Origin: Cyanophora paradoxa CCMP329
Taxonomy: Eukaryota; Plantae; Glaucophyta
DNA length: 64,000 nucleotides
Direction of reading: 5' to 3'
Assembly (NCBI GenBank): GCA_004431415.1
Contig: QPMI01000063.1
Coordinates: 62,001-126,000, forward strand
The translations under genes and the position numbers were made by a program. Every line of letters begins with the position of its first letter. Position 1 is the first letter of the stretch. Under the pieces are notes generated by a model that was not told the origin of the DNA, searched no databases, and was given only the letters and a program-made list of their open reading frames with translations. Positions 21,601 through 35,300 of this stretch are shown here, in pieces.

Positions 21601-24600
21601 CGAGGCGTGCAGCCCCGCGCGACTTCGCCTCGCGATCCTTGATGAAGGTACGCTCTCCTCCCGGCCGGCCGCTCGCCGGCGCCCGATCCCCGCCGGGGCC
21701 CGCTCGCCCTTGCTGACTCGCGGCCGCAGATCTTTGCCTGCCTCGAGGCGTGCAGCCCCGCGCAACTTCGCCTCGCGATCCTCGATGATGGTACGCTCTC
21801 CTCCCGGCCGGCCGCTCGCCGGCGCCCGATCCCCGCCGGGGCCCGCTCGCCCTCTCTGACTCGCGGCCCCAGATCTTTGCCTGCCTCGAGGCGTGCAGCC
21901 CCGCGCGACTTCGCCTCGCGATCCTCGATGATGGTACGCTCTCCTCCCGGCCGGCCGCTCGCCGGCGCCGGATCCCCGCCGGGGCCCGCTCGCCCTCTCT
22001 GACTCGCGGCCCCAGATCTTTGCCTGCCTCGAGGCGTGCAGCCCCGCGCGACTTCGCCTCGCGATCCTTGATGAAGGTACGCTCTCCTCCCGGCCGGCCG
22101 CTCGCCGGCGCCGGATCCCCGCCGGGGCCCGCTCGCCCTCTCTGACTCGCGGCCCCAGATCTTTGCCTGCCTCGAGGCGTGCAGCCCCGCGCGACTTCGC
22201 CTCGCGATCCTCGATGATGGTACGCTCTCCTCCCGGCCGGCCGCTCGCCGGCGCCGGATCCCCGCCGGGGCCCGCTCGCCCTCTCTGACTCGCGGCCGCA
22301 GATCTTTGCCTGCCTCGAGGCGTGCAGCCCCGCGCGACTTCGCCTCGCGATCCTTGATGAAGGTACGCTCTCCTCCCGGCCGGCCGCTCGCCGGCGCCGG
22401 ATCCCCGCCGGGGCCCGCTCGCCCTTGCTGACTCGCGGCCCCAGATCTTTGCCTGCCTCGAGGCGTGCAGCCCCGCGCGACTTCGCCTCGCGATCCTTGA
22501 TGAAGGTACGCTCTCCTCCCGGCCGGCCGCTCGCCGGCGCCCGATCCCCGCCGGGGCCCGCTCGCCCTTGCTGACTCGCGGCCGCAGATCTTTGCCTGCC
22601 TCGAGGCGTGCAGCCCCGCGCGACTTCGCCTCGCGATCCTCGATAAAGGTACGCTCTCCTCCCGGCCGGCCGCTCGCCGGCGCCCGATCCCCGCCGAGGC
22701 CCGCGACGCCCTCTCTGACTCGCGGCCGCAGATCTTTGCCTGCCTCGAGGCGTGCAGCCCCGCGCGACTTCGCCTCGCGATCCTCGATAAAGGTACGCTC
22801 TCCTCCCGGCCGGCCGCTCGCCGGCGCCGGATCCCCGCCGGGGCCCGCTCGCCCTCTCTGACTCGCGGCCCCAGATCTTTGCCTGCCTCGAGGCGTGCAG
22901 CCCCGCGCGACTTCGCCTCGCGATCCTCGATGATGGTACGCTCTCCTCCCGGCCGGCCGCTCGCCGGCGCCGGATCCCCGCCGGGGCCCGCTCGCCCTCT
23001 CTGACTCGCGGCCCCAGATCTTTGCCTGCCTCGAGGCGTGCAGCCCCGCGCGACTTCGCCTCGCGATCCTTGATGAAGGTACGCTCTCCTCCCGGCCGGC
23101 CGCTCGCCGGCGCCGGATCCCCGCCGGGGCCCGCTCGCCCTCTCTGACTCGCGGCCCCAGATCTTTGCCTGCCTCGAGGCGTGCAGCCCCGCGCGACTTC
23201 GCCTCGCGATCCTCGATGATGGTACGCTCTCCTCCCGGCCGGCCGCTCGCCGGCGCCCGATCCCCGCCGGGGCCCGCTCGCCCTTGCTGACTCGCGGCCG
23301 CAGATCTTTGCCTGCCTCGAGGCGTGCAGCCCCGCGCGACTTCGCCTCGCGATCCTCGATGATGGTACGCTCTCCTCCCGGCCGGCCGCTCGCCGGCGCC
23401 GGATCCCCGCCGGGGCCCGCTCGCCCTCTCTGACTCGCGGCCCCAGATCTTTGCCTGCCTCGAGGCGTGCAGCCCCGCGCGACTTCGCCTCGCGATCCTC
23501 GATGATGGTACGCTCTCCTCCCGGCCGGCCGCTCGCCGGCGCCGGATCCCCGCCGGGGCCCGCTCGCCCTCTCTGACTCGCGGCCCCAGATCTTTGCCTG
23601 CCTCGAGGCGTGCAGCCCCGCGCGACTTCGCCTCGCGATCCTTGATGAAGGTACGCTCTCCTCCGGCCGGCCGCTCGCCGGCGCCGGATCCCCGCCGGGG
23701 CCCGCTCGCCCTCTCTGACTCGCGGCCCCAGATCTTTGCCTGCCTCGAGGCGTGCAGCCCCGCGCGACTTCGCCTCGCGATCCTCGATGATGGTACGCTC
23801 TCCTCCCGGCCGGCCGCTCGCCGGCGCCGGATCCCCGCCGGGGCCCGCTCGCCCTTGCTGACTCGCGGCCGCAGATCTTTGCCTGCCTCGAGGCGTGCAG
23901 CCCCGCGCGACTTCGCCTCGCGATCCTTGATGAAGGTACGCTCTCCTCCCGGCCGGCCGCTCGCCGGCGCCGGATCCCCGCCGGGGCCCGCTCGCCCTCT
24001 CTGACTCGCGGCCCCAGATCTTTGCCTGCCTCGAGGCGTGCAGCCCCGCGCGACTTCGCCTCGCGATCCTTGATGAAGGTACGCTCTCCTCCCGGCCGGC
24101 CGCTCGCCGGCGCCCGATCCCCGCCGGGGCCCGCTCGCCCTTGCTGACTCGCGGCCGCAGATCTTTGCCTGCCTCGAGGCGTGCAGCCCCGCGCGACTTC
24201 GCCTCGCGATCCTCGATAAAGGTACGCTCTCCTCCCGGCCGGCCGCTCGCCGGCGCCCGATCCCCGCCGAGGCCCGCGACGCCATCTCTGACTCGCGGCC
24301 CCAGATCTTTGCCTGCCTCGAGGCGTGCAGCCCCGCGCGACTTCGCCTCGCGATCCTCGATGATGGTACGCTCTCCTCCCGGCCGGCCGCTCGCCGGCGC
24401 CGGATCCCCGCCGGGGCCCGCTCGCCCTCTCTGACTCGCGGCCCCAGATCTTTGCCTGCCTCGATGCGTGCAGCCCCGCGCGACTTCGCCTCGCGATCCT
24501 CGATGATGGTACGCTCTCCTCCCGGCCGGCCGCTCGCGGGCGCCCGATCCCCGCCGAGGCCCGCGACGCCCTCTCTGAGGGCGGGGGGCGGGGGGCGGGG

Positions 24601-24797
24601 GCGGGCCGGGGCGGCGGGGGAGCGCGGGGCAGCCCCCGGCCGCGGTCAGCGGCGATCAAATTGCGATCTTACTGAGACCTATCTGAATTAGATCGGAGTT
24701 CGATCGCAATTCAGTCCATGTCCCGATTTTATGGTCGGAATTCGATCGGTGGCCGATCAAATATATTAGGTCTCAGTTCAGCCTTTTTTTAAGTTGC
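18611..24797. mobile_element. Putative non-autonomous CACTA (En/Spm)-like element carrying a satellite array
   Basis: Starts CACTAGTAAAAAGGGGTCCGAACTGA exactly where the host repeat is interrupted. Subterminal ATTAGATCGGAGTTCG-type repeats occur at both ends, with a C-rich tract at ~18837-18870 versus a G-rich tract at ~24578-24630. The right end is degenerate (TCAGTTCAGCCTTTTTTT, 24773-24790). No TSD or transposase found. Confidence 0.5.
20689..24578. repeat. 143-bp GC-rich satellite, ~27 copies
   Basis: GGGCCC landmarks end at 20700, 20843, 20986, 21129...; units differ at only about five variable sites. Confidence 0.97.
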
Positions 24798-26398
24798 AGT
24801 CCCCGCAGTGCTGGTGTCTAGAGACTGTGGCCGGTAATTTACCAAAAAAAAACCGCATATTTTATAAAAGGAAGTATTCACGAAAACAAAAGAGCCGACC
24901 TATCGTGATCCACGAAGTACTTCGGTTTTTACCAAAAGGCCTCTTAAGAGGACCAGGGTATCCGGCGTGACGGCTCGCGACGTCAACGTCGACTCGACGA
25001 CCGTTACGACCCCGAAACCCGGACCCAAGAGGTTTGGGGGTAGATACAACTCACGCCAGCTGTCTTGCAAGCTGCATGCGCCGCTGCGCTGCGGCTACAG
25101 TGCTGGAATCAGCAGCTGGATCTAGATTCTAGAAGCCCAAGCCCCAGATTCCAGACTCTGCCAGGCTGTAGGCGGCGGTAGCGCGCGCTGATCATGACTC
25201 TCAGTGAGCATGCGCACATTGCGGCAGCTATAGCTAGCGCTGTGCACAGTACTATCATAGTATAGAGCTAGTGCAAGCGAGCAGCAGCTGCTGAGATAGA
25301 GCAAGCTGCGCAAGCCTATAGCTACACTGTGACAGGCAGCGCAGGAGCCTCGGAGCCAGGCTCGCGCAGTGCGCAGTGCACGTGGGCCGTGGCCGCCTGA
25401 AAGTGTCGCCGTGTCGCCATCGTCGTCGTGTCGCTATCCCCTCCGTGCATGCAGTCACTGAGTCAATTGCAACACATGCATGCGCTAAAGCTTGCCGCGG
25501 CCGGTGTCACCCGGTGATGCCGCAAATTAAAAGCGCATAGTTTGCGGCGTAAGGTGCAGCGGCCCGCACGCGTGCCTCATTACAATAGAAGCGGCAGCTC
25601 ATAATCATGATCAGCCGCAGCTGTAGCATGCGCAGCGCTGGAGCCGGCTGGGCCCCGCACGTTGACGAGAGTATCATGGCGTCGGTTGTGCGTGGGAGCT
25701 GCGCGTGGGTGCTGCCGCAGTCCCAGCCTGCAGCTACCCATGGCTTGCACCTTGATCGCCCCCCCGGTGCGCGCGCGCTCCGAGCTTGAGCACGCCCGGC
25801 CCCTGGCAAGAGCTGGGCCGGCGCCCCAGCCGGCAAGCATGCGCATACACGCGCATGCGTAGCCGCGCTGTGGGGGGAGCAGGCCCTCTTTCACCGATGC
25901 CTGCAGCTGACGCACATGCGCAGCTAGCGCTGCAGAACAGACGAGGGCGTGTACGGAGCTCGAGTGCCTGTGCACTGACACCGTCGAGGATGCTTCTCGA
26001 AGGTGCGCGCAGCGCGGGGCCCTCTTCGGAAGCGCTGCTGCGCTTTGCACGCCCTCGCGATCGCTCCTCAGAGCTTCGAGCTCGTTCGCTGGCCGTTCGA
26101 GCTCGAGGTCTAGATCATTGAATCACTTTTTGGCTATCGTCACGAGCATCCGAGGCCGCTGAGCTCAGCTACGATCTATAGGCTCCTAGCTGCTTTACCG
26201 ATAGGCGATACCGCGCCGGGATGCAATTCGAATCCTATACATTCCCGCCTCCGCAATTCATTCTGGAGCTGCAGGCTAGGGAAGGCCCGACGGTACCGGT
26301 GGACCTCGTCCCCCTCGACGTCTGAGGCGCCAAGAAGGGGAGCTCGGGCTCGCGCACAGCTGCAGCGGGGCTCGGGGGAGATCGACGCGTACGCCGCG

Positions 26399-29300
26399 AT
26401 GGAATCGACTCCAGCTGCGCATGTGCATACAGCGGGCGCGGGCGCCAGCGTGCACGTGAGCGTCCTGGCGCTCATCATCGCAATGTTAACGTTGTCCGCT
26501 GCGGCGCGCATCCGCAATGTGCTCGGCGACGTGCGCGCTCGGCTGCAGCCGCTCTCGGGGCACGTCCTCGACGAATCGATATCCCAGCGGTACCGGTGCC
26601 GCGGCCGCGGACACGCATCCCGTCGCCGTGCGCGGCGCCAGCAGCGAGGCGGGAGCTTATCCAGGAGCGCGGCAGCAGCCAGCGACGCGCTCGCCCCCCG
26701 AGCGGTGCCCAGCACTGGTGCCAGATCTGGACGGGATGCCCCACGTTCACGGAGCCTCCGGCCAGCGGACCGGCGGCTTCGAGATGGCGCGCAAAGCGAA
26801 GCCCGACGTCTTCGCGATCGCAACTGTTCGGCGGACCAAACGGCTGCGGCTGCTCGCAATCGCCCAGTCGGAAAGGTTTCGCCAGCGCCCCAGCTGATGG
26901 CTCACGGCCCGGCGGCTGGCCGCGGCTCCTCGGCCCCGCGCAGCTGCCGTCTGGCAGCCCGCAGGCTCCAGCTCCAGCTGCGCGGCCTCTTCCAGATCGC
27001 GCTCCTGGCGATGGGCGCCCGCCAGCTCGGGCTCCACGCCGACGCAGCTCCGACCAGAAGTGCGAGTTCCCCCCGGAACCCAGAGGTCTGGCCATGGGTC
27101 GTTGACGTCACCGTGCAGGCGCGCAGCTTTGGGGAAATTATTGGGACGTGAACTGGGGCTGGGGCGGGGACACGACCTTCATGTTCTGGTCCGCCTGCTG
27201 ACGCGGATCGCTCACGGGGTCTGCTCGCTCACGAGGTCGGCTGCTGCTGCAGGTTGAAAATTGACCAGGGACAGTCCAAGTACACCGGCATTTTGGCCTT
27301 CAAAGATGTACGCGAAGATCGATTTCGGGACTGAATTGAACCTGGAATCCGACTGGCTGCCCTCAGATATGGAAATTTCAGCTGATTCCAGGGTACGATT
27401 TCTACATTGATATGGACCAAGAAATGTCGCTGTGGTTCGCCCAACCGCACCTGATCATGCGCGTAACTCCGGAGCCGTGTCTCAACATTTGATCCTGCAG
27501 GTTCTGTCCGGAAAGCGACCCCTGCGACGCAAACGGAAACGTACTGGCGGGGGGCGGTCAGAGATACGCAGGGGGGTACACGTCATTTCTTTGGTCCTGG
27601 TGAGCGGCTCCGCTTCCCTTTCATGCAGCAATTCTAATCGAAAGGACCCGTGCAGTACCTACTGCGATGGCGGCACTAGCGGGTTCCAGGTCTACATAAC
27701 CGGTACATACGGATTTAAGGTGCGCAACCTGCAAGGGGCTGTGGAATGCAAGCATGTGGAGCCCTTCACGCGCTGTTTCCCTTTGGTCTACAGATTGGGG
27801 AGTGGACGGTCAGCGCGTGCCGTGCTCGCGTTCGATTTTAGGGCTCTGTGCTGAAGCCGCGCGGGGCGATCGTTGTTTCTGCGCAGCACTTCGCGTTCAC
27901 GCACGGAGGCGGGGCCGTCAATTTCTTTCGGAACGGCCAGCACATTGGGGGATACGGCCGCCCCGGTGGACTGCCGTGGAGTGAGTCCGAATTCAGTCCA
28001 CCTCTCGGTGCCGGTGCGCCGGCTGAGCGCGGCGCGCAGAATCGTGGGCGCAGTCGAGAGTGTGGACCTCCTGGAATGCCGGGAACACCATCGCGAACGC
28101 GCGGGTCGCCTACTTCGGGTGGTACGCCGGCGTGCTCTCCGGCACCGAGATCTGGAATGCGTACGAGAGCAACGCCGTCGCGACGAACCGGGGCCGATAC
28201 CTCGACGTCCGCATGGACATCTTCGACTGCGTCTTCCAGTGCGGCGCCGGTGCCGTCTGCGATCGGGTGCGCCGCGCGGCGTGCGCTGCCGGATGGGGCC
28301 CGTCTCTGATTGCTGCGCCTCACGTGTTTCGATCGGCAGTCCGGTAATGGGAGGCATCGAGGCGCAAGCCTTCCCGACTGCCCGCCGCGATATTCGCCCT
28401 CGCTCGGTCGGCCGTGTATTACGGAGCTCAACCTCCGGAAGCTTTTCACTGACGCTCCGTTTGCTGATCGTACAGATACCGGTGTCGTCTTGGGCACGAA
28501 CAACGGCGCCCAGGGGCCGAGGTCCCTCGCGATACCGGCCCTGACCTTCGGCGGGAGCGTCGTGCTGGAGGTGTGGGTGAGGCCGCTCCAGATTCGACCC
28601 TGGATTCGTGCCTCCAGCCGCCGGCCGCCTGCTCCGACGCCGCCTGCCACTACTTCGCGGCCCAGAGATGGGCTGCGTACGCCTTCGACGGGTCGTGCGA
28701 CCCCGGCGCGCTCGGCGCTGTGCGGCCGTGGCCGAGGGAGGTCTGTTCCTCGAGCGCCGGCGATCCCGACCCGTATCTCTTCATGGACATCGCGCGGAAC
28801 TTTTCCCACGACTTCCGCCTGTTCCACGCTCTGTACGGGCAGAGATTCTATGACGCGGTGCGTTCGATTTGTGCAGCTGCAGGTTGGGTGGGAGGCCCTC
28901 TCAACTCCGGTGCGGCGCAGACGTCTGGGCCGAAGGCCGCAGCGGCGGAGGGAGGCTGCGCTGAACTGTGGGCTGTCGCCCTCGGGTCGGTTTCCATCTT
29001 CACGCCCACGGTACGAATGATGCCACAAGTCGCCCGTCGAATCCGCCCCCTGTGCCCATTTTCGTACCCCCCAGACCGCCCCGGATGCTGATTCGAGCAA
29101 GCTATCGAGGGTTCAGGCGAGACAAGCCTTTCTAAGAAAGCTCGAGGCACGCATATTCATGACTTCGCTCACTGCGATCTTCAGACCGAGTACCTTAGCT
29201 TGCTCGACTCTCAAGGAGCGGGCGACGATGATATAGACTCCGGGCTCGGCTTCGAGTCGTTTGTGAACGGCTACTTCGCCAAGGAGTGCACGCCCTGTGA

Positions 29301-32300
29301 GCACCTCGCAGCTCTTCTGGCCTTTCATGACGTATATGACATTGCCAACGCGATCGCCGCAGTCTACGACGCGGAGCCGGCGTCGCTGGGGCGGTCGCCC
29401 GGCGGCTCGCGGGCGGCGGAGGACGTGCAGAGGAGCTACGGGGAGAGCTTCGAGGCGCTGCTGCTCGAGGACGTCCAGGTCCGGCCGCGCTTCGCGCCGC
29501 GCTTCTTAAAACGGCGTCGGCATATGTGTAACTCTGAGGGTTGGGCGCGCAGATCTTTACGTTCTCGCAGCGGGGCCTCGCGTTCTTCGCCAGCTACGCC
29601 TCCGCGGGGCCCATCGCCTCTTTCCCCCTCATCAAGGTCCGCCCTGCCGTCTCTTCCTCGCCGTGGCGCCGCGGGCGCCTCACGCGTGCCGGTCGGGCGG
29701 CAGGCCTGCGCGCCCCAGACGGGCGTCGTGCTGCTCGCGTTCGACCTCGCCGCCATCGCCCCGGCGGGCTTCTCGCACAACGCCGAAACTGTCTACAAGC
29801 GCCTCCCGTGCGCCAAAAGGCTATCGTTGCTTATCGAATTGCAAGCTCGGCTTCGCTGAAATTCGGGTTTGGCCCATCGGTGCGCAGGTGGCCCGGCGAG
29901 AAGGGCTCCTCGTTCGCGGACGCGTACCTGCCCCGGCCTCGATCGTCGAGCTGCGCGCGGACGGGCGGACGGAGGAGGGCGGCCCGCTGCGCTACCACGC
30001 GCTCGTCCGCCTGCCCTTCTTCCCCACGAGCCCCGCGACGTGCCCCTTCGAGCTCGTCGGCGCCTCCGTCTGCCCCGGCCTTGACGTCGCCCACGTGACC
30101 GCGATCTTCTCCTGTGCGCTCTCTGTTTCGGATTCTTTCCTTGCGAGATCCATCTTACATGCACGTCTAAAACTAATACCGATCCCCGCCAGGGGCCGTG
30201 CACGAGTCGAGTCTCGCCGAACGCGCGTCGTCCGCGGACGCGTCGTACTCGTACCGGTCGGGCGTGGCGATGCACGGGCCGCCGAAGGTCCTCCGCACGG
30301 ACACGCTGCCCCTCTCCCAGCACTGGATTGTGAGCCGAATCTAAGTTGGGGTCTCTGGAGGCTTCATTCGATAAGCGCTCACCCCATCGCCTCCAGGTCC
30401 AGAACGAGCGGCCTCTGATGGCCGGCCGCGGCTTCGGGTACCTCGAGGTGCGCGATCGCTGAAACGAGCGAGATGCGAGCCTTTGCGTGAGCATCCGGGC
30501 TCAGCTGACTTCGCGCAGGGCCGCTGGGTGGAGGCGCCCGGGTCCAGGTACAGCTTCTACGTCACGGGCGACCAGGCGTGCAGGATCCCGGAGTCCTCTG
30601 GGCGCGAGCGCTTCGCCCCAGCGCGTCCTGATGGCAGTGCCCGCCGCAGATTTTCCGCGTTGCAAAGGCGGACGGGTACCAGAGCGGCATGGCCGGGCAG
30701 CTCAACGGGAGCGTGCGCATCTATGGCGCGTCGACCTGGGCGGGTCCCTGGCGGAGTGGACCTCGGTGCTCCTTTTCCACATTTGTTTCGCCGTTCCCGG
30801 CCCTTCGTCGGCTTCAACTCTGACCCTGCGCTCCAGGTGGCCGCCGCGGCGTACAAGGACGGTGTCCTCTACGTCGTCCGCGAGATCCACTCCTCCGCAA
30901 CTCAGCGCTCGTTCTCTTTCGCTACGAGCGACAAGGACAAGCCGAGGCCGCGGCTCATCAAGGAGAAGCGGCTGCAGCGCACCAACGAGCGCGCGCTGTC
31001 TTCGCAGCTGCTCCAGGTCAAGGGCGTCGACGGCCCGTCCTTTGACGCTGCGTCGGTCAGCGTCGCGATCGTGCTGGACAGTTGGGTCGCAAACATCGCC
31101 GGCGCCTACACGGTGGAGGACTACAGCGCTCTCGACGCGGCGGCGTTCGGGCTCGACGTGCGGAACGCTTCGGGGCCCGTCCCCGAGCTGCCCATCGTTC
31201 TCTTCGCCGTGTCGGAGCCGGCCACCTTGATCTCGCTCCACACGCAGTGCCCGCCGGGCACCGTCTGGAACGCCGACGCCGCCGTCTTCAAGCGGTCGGT
31301 CTCGGTGAAGGACCTCTGCACGCCGCTCTCGCCGGGCCTCTTCTCGGCGCGCGCGGGGCTACTCATCGAGTCGGAGGCAGAGCAGTGCTCCTCGGGAACC
31401 TACAGCACGGGAGGGGCCACCGCGTGCCTGCCGTGCCCCGCGGGGACGTGGTCGGCCGCCGGGAGCTCCGGGTGCTACAGCTGTCCCCAGAACGAGTTCG
31501 CCTTGGCCGAGGGGATGCCGTGCACGCCGTGCGAGACGGGCGCGTTCACCGTCAGCGACCGCTGGACGCGCCAGTGCTTCAAATGGTGCGCGCTCGTGGC
31601 TCTTGCTATGTAGAACAGAACCACGGCTCACGCACGCAATTCGGCAGCTTGGGCGGCCTCTTCCTCAAGAACGAAAACGATCGGCTCTTCTGTCTCAACT
31701 GCCCCGCAAACCAGTACTCCTTTTATGGAACGATCGACCGCTGTTCAAATTGTTCGAGAGGAAGCTTTCCAAACAGAGACGGATCTGACTGCACTAACTG
31801 CACGGTCCGAAATCACATAAATGCGACCAAATTGCTTTCCTCTGACTGAGCGCGCCTGACTGCAGGCCGGCTGGTACCAACCTCGCGAGAACGAGCCGTG
31901 CGAGCCGTGTCCGATAGGAAGCTGGAGCCGCGCCGGCCAGTTCGGCAGCTGCTTCACCTGCCCCGCGAACCAGCTGTCCAACGACAACGGGGGCGGCTGC
32001 AAGCCGTGTCCGCCGGGGCTCGAGGTCAAGATCAGCCCCAAAGGCGCTCGCGCCTGCGATCTGTGCTTCCAGGATTACGCGTCTCCCACTGGCCTGGGAT
32101 GCAGCCGGTGCCCGGGCGGGTACATCAGCCTCCCCGACCGCTTGCAGTGCCTTCCGGTGCGTCGCAACCGCACTGAGTTATCTTCGCGCCGCTCACGTGC
32201 GCCGCGAAAAGTGTCCTCCGGGGACGTACGAGGACGCCAACATTCCTGGCGTCTGCACCCCGTGCCGGGTGAACACGATCGCGCCACTGCAGGCCTCGAC

Positions 32301-35300
32301 GAACTGCACCGCCTGCCCGCTCGGCTCCTACTCGTCCCCGGACCGCACCATGTGCTTCGACTGCAGTGCGCCACGATTCCAACGACGCGACGAGCCTTCC
32401 GAGGATTGTTGCTGATGTGCGCGCAGCCCCGGGCTCTTACAGGCCGGCCAACTCTACCATCTGCCTCCCCGTCGGGGCGCGGAGCGTCGCGCTGGTCGGC
32501 TCGTCCGCCTTCTCCGTCTGCGGCAACGGCTCGGTCCCGAACGTCGAGAGGAGCGAGTGCCTCAAGTGCCCGAAAGGTGCATGCGCTCAGGCTCTGAAGT
32601 ATCAGAGCGCTCTAGATATTTCCACCGCTGTTCGCTGAACGTCGATCTATTCCTCTCTTGCAGGGACCTCGCGTTTCGATGACAACTGCCTCACGTGCGT
32701 ATTATTCGATGCGATCAATATGCCGTGTTCGCACGCGAAACTGACGATCTTGGCAGGTGCGACCAGAACGCTGTGGCCTCGTTGGAGGGGACCCCAATCT
32801 GCAGCCTCTGCGCGCCGGGATACGTCTCCGCAAGCGACTTCCAATCCTGCATTCCGTGCCCGGCCGGTGCGATAGCCTATTTGCTTTTCTATCACACGCT
32901 GGCAGCAGCTGACGTGCTTGCTAGGGATGTACCGCGGCGCCGACATGGCCTCGTGCCAGCCCGTCCCCGAGAACGGAGTCGCAATGGAGGGCTCGCCGTC
33001 CTTCGTGCTCTGCCAGGACGGGTACGTGGCCAATCAGGCGCGGGACACCTGCCTCCCCTGCAGCAAAGGGTACTACAAGTTCAACAACACCTGCCAGAAG
33101 TGCGCGCAGCGCGCCCGATACACTCTGAATATTTCCGATGATGACGCTGCTAACATTGTGCATTTTGCGCAGCTGCCCCGAGAATATGGTCGCCTCGTTT
33201 GAGGGCAGCGCGAACTGCACGCGCTGCCCCCCGGGACAGGTTGCTTCAGCCGACCAGCAGACTTGCTTCCTGTGCTCAGAAGGCATCGCTCTTTTGCTTT
33301 CGGACTCAACCTATCAACGTAATCGTTAACACTGACGACCGTGCAGGAACGTACCGGGCAGAGGACATGTCGCGATGCGAGCCTGTGCCGCACAAGACCG
33401 TCTCCATCCCGGACCGCTCGTGGTACCAGCCGTGCGAGCCGGGGTGGGTCGCCAACAACATCGCCACTATGTGCCTGCCGTGCCCGAAAGGGTCGTACGA
33501 GGACGACGGGGCCTGCCGCGCCTGCGCTACAAACACGATCACCCCCGCGGAAAACATGACGTCCTGCGAGCTGGTGTGATTTTCGGTCTGTTGCGCGGCT
33601 ATGGCATTTTGGCGTGACTTGCTCCTTCAGTGTCCGCCCGGATACGTCTCGGCGGCCGATCTCCAGAACTGCGTTCCGTGCGGAGCAGGTCCGCACGCCT
33701 TCCACATTGTGCCGAGCAGCTGCAGGCAAGGAAGTTGTACTGAAGCCACTCCAGGAACGTACCGCGCCGAGAACATGACCGACTGCACGCCCGTCCCCTT
33801 CCGCTCCGTGGCACTCGCCGGCTCGCCCACCTGGACCGTCTGCGATGCGGGCTACGTGGCCGACGGGCCTCGGGCGATCTGCATTCCCTGCCCCGCGGGT
33901 GGATATTTAAATTTTTTTCCTTCTGCACCAACGGAACTCACACCTTCTCGCAGGCTCGTACCAGGTCAACGACTCCTGCATCTTGTGCGAAACGAACTGG
34001 GTCGCAGCGACGCCCGGCCTCGACCGCTGCGAGCAGTGCGACAACGGGACCGTCGCGGCCGCCAACGGCCAGTTCTGCGTCCGTGCGCACGACATCCTCC
34101 CACGATGGAACTCGCATCTTGTTTCTCACTCTGACTCTGCTATTCTCAGCGTGCCTGCCGGGGTTCTACCGGCACGAGGGCATGGTCGAGTGCGAGCGGG
34201 CGCCCCGCGGGGCGATCGCGGCGGCGGGCAGCCGCAACTACACGATGTGCGACCGGGGGAGCCGCCCCGACCTCGAGGCCACCTCGTGCGACGTGTGCGA
34301 GCGGGGCACGATCGAGGTGGGCTGGGAGTGCATCGACTGCATCGGTTCGCATTGCTTGCGGCTTTGGCTGCTTTGAGCAGTCGTAGGTCTGAAAGGATCG
34401 CAGGACTGATGTACGCCCCCGACCGCGGCATGACGAGCTGCAAGACCTGGTGGGCTCCGCCCCGTAGGCGTATGCATCCGCCGTCGACCGCGCCGCTTAC
34501 TTGCGGTGCACAGTGCGCGGGGGACGATCCCCACGCCGGACAGGCAAGGGTGCACCCCGTGCTCGCGGGGGTACTACAGGGCGGAGAACATGACGTCCTG
34601 CGAGCAGGCGCGCCGTTTCCTTTCTCGCTCGACGTCAATGCCGCGACCACAGATTAATGTTGAAATTCGCCGCAGTGTCCGCACGGCCAATACACGAGCG
34701 CACAGGGCTTCTGGTACTGCAATCTTTGGTGCGGCGACACCGCACTGTAAAACGCAGCGAGCTTCGAGCCAATCGGTCCGCTGACCTCGCGCCGGCAGCC
34801 CGCGCGGGACGGAGAGCTCCCTCAACCGGGCCGAGTGCGACCTCTGCCGGGCCGGTTTCTACGAGCGGAACAGCACCTGCGTGCCCTGCCAGGTGCTCAT
34901 CGCGCCATGGTTTCTGCTTGTTTCCGGCGCCAAGGCCGACGGTGGCGTCAGGACGGATTCTGGAGCGCGCTGGGGGCGTCCGAGTGCACACCGTGCACGC
35001 CGGGCTACATCAGCAACGACGACCGGTCGGGCTGCCTTCCCTGCCGCGGGGGGACCTTCCACGGGGACTCGGTGCACCATCTGTTGTCCCAGCTCCAACA
35101 TATGCCTGCTTGTGCTCATTCACTCGGCTTTGCAGAACGCATGCTTGCCATGTAAAACTGTGCGCTTGGCACCGGACGCCAGTAGCTTTACGTTCGCTGA
35201 CAGCTTACCCGCCACGCATTACTAGGGCCTCTGGTCTCCTCTGGCGACGAGCGAGAGCTGCCTGGAGCCGCCCTGGGGCCACTTCGCGTCCAACGACAGC

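Noticed and set aside
20689-24578. CRISPR array
   Set aside because: Contiguous tandem units with no unique spacers and no cas genes.
20652-24659. 1335-aa and 1199-aa minus-strand ORFs
   Set aside because: Artefact of a 143-bp GC-rich repeat (not a multiple of 3) that lacks stops on that strand; the same peptide cycles through all frames.
18394-25179. LTR retrotransposon bounded by the 200-bp direct repeats
   Set aside because: No TG...CA ends, PBS/PPT, TSD or gag-pol remnants.
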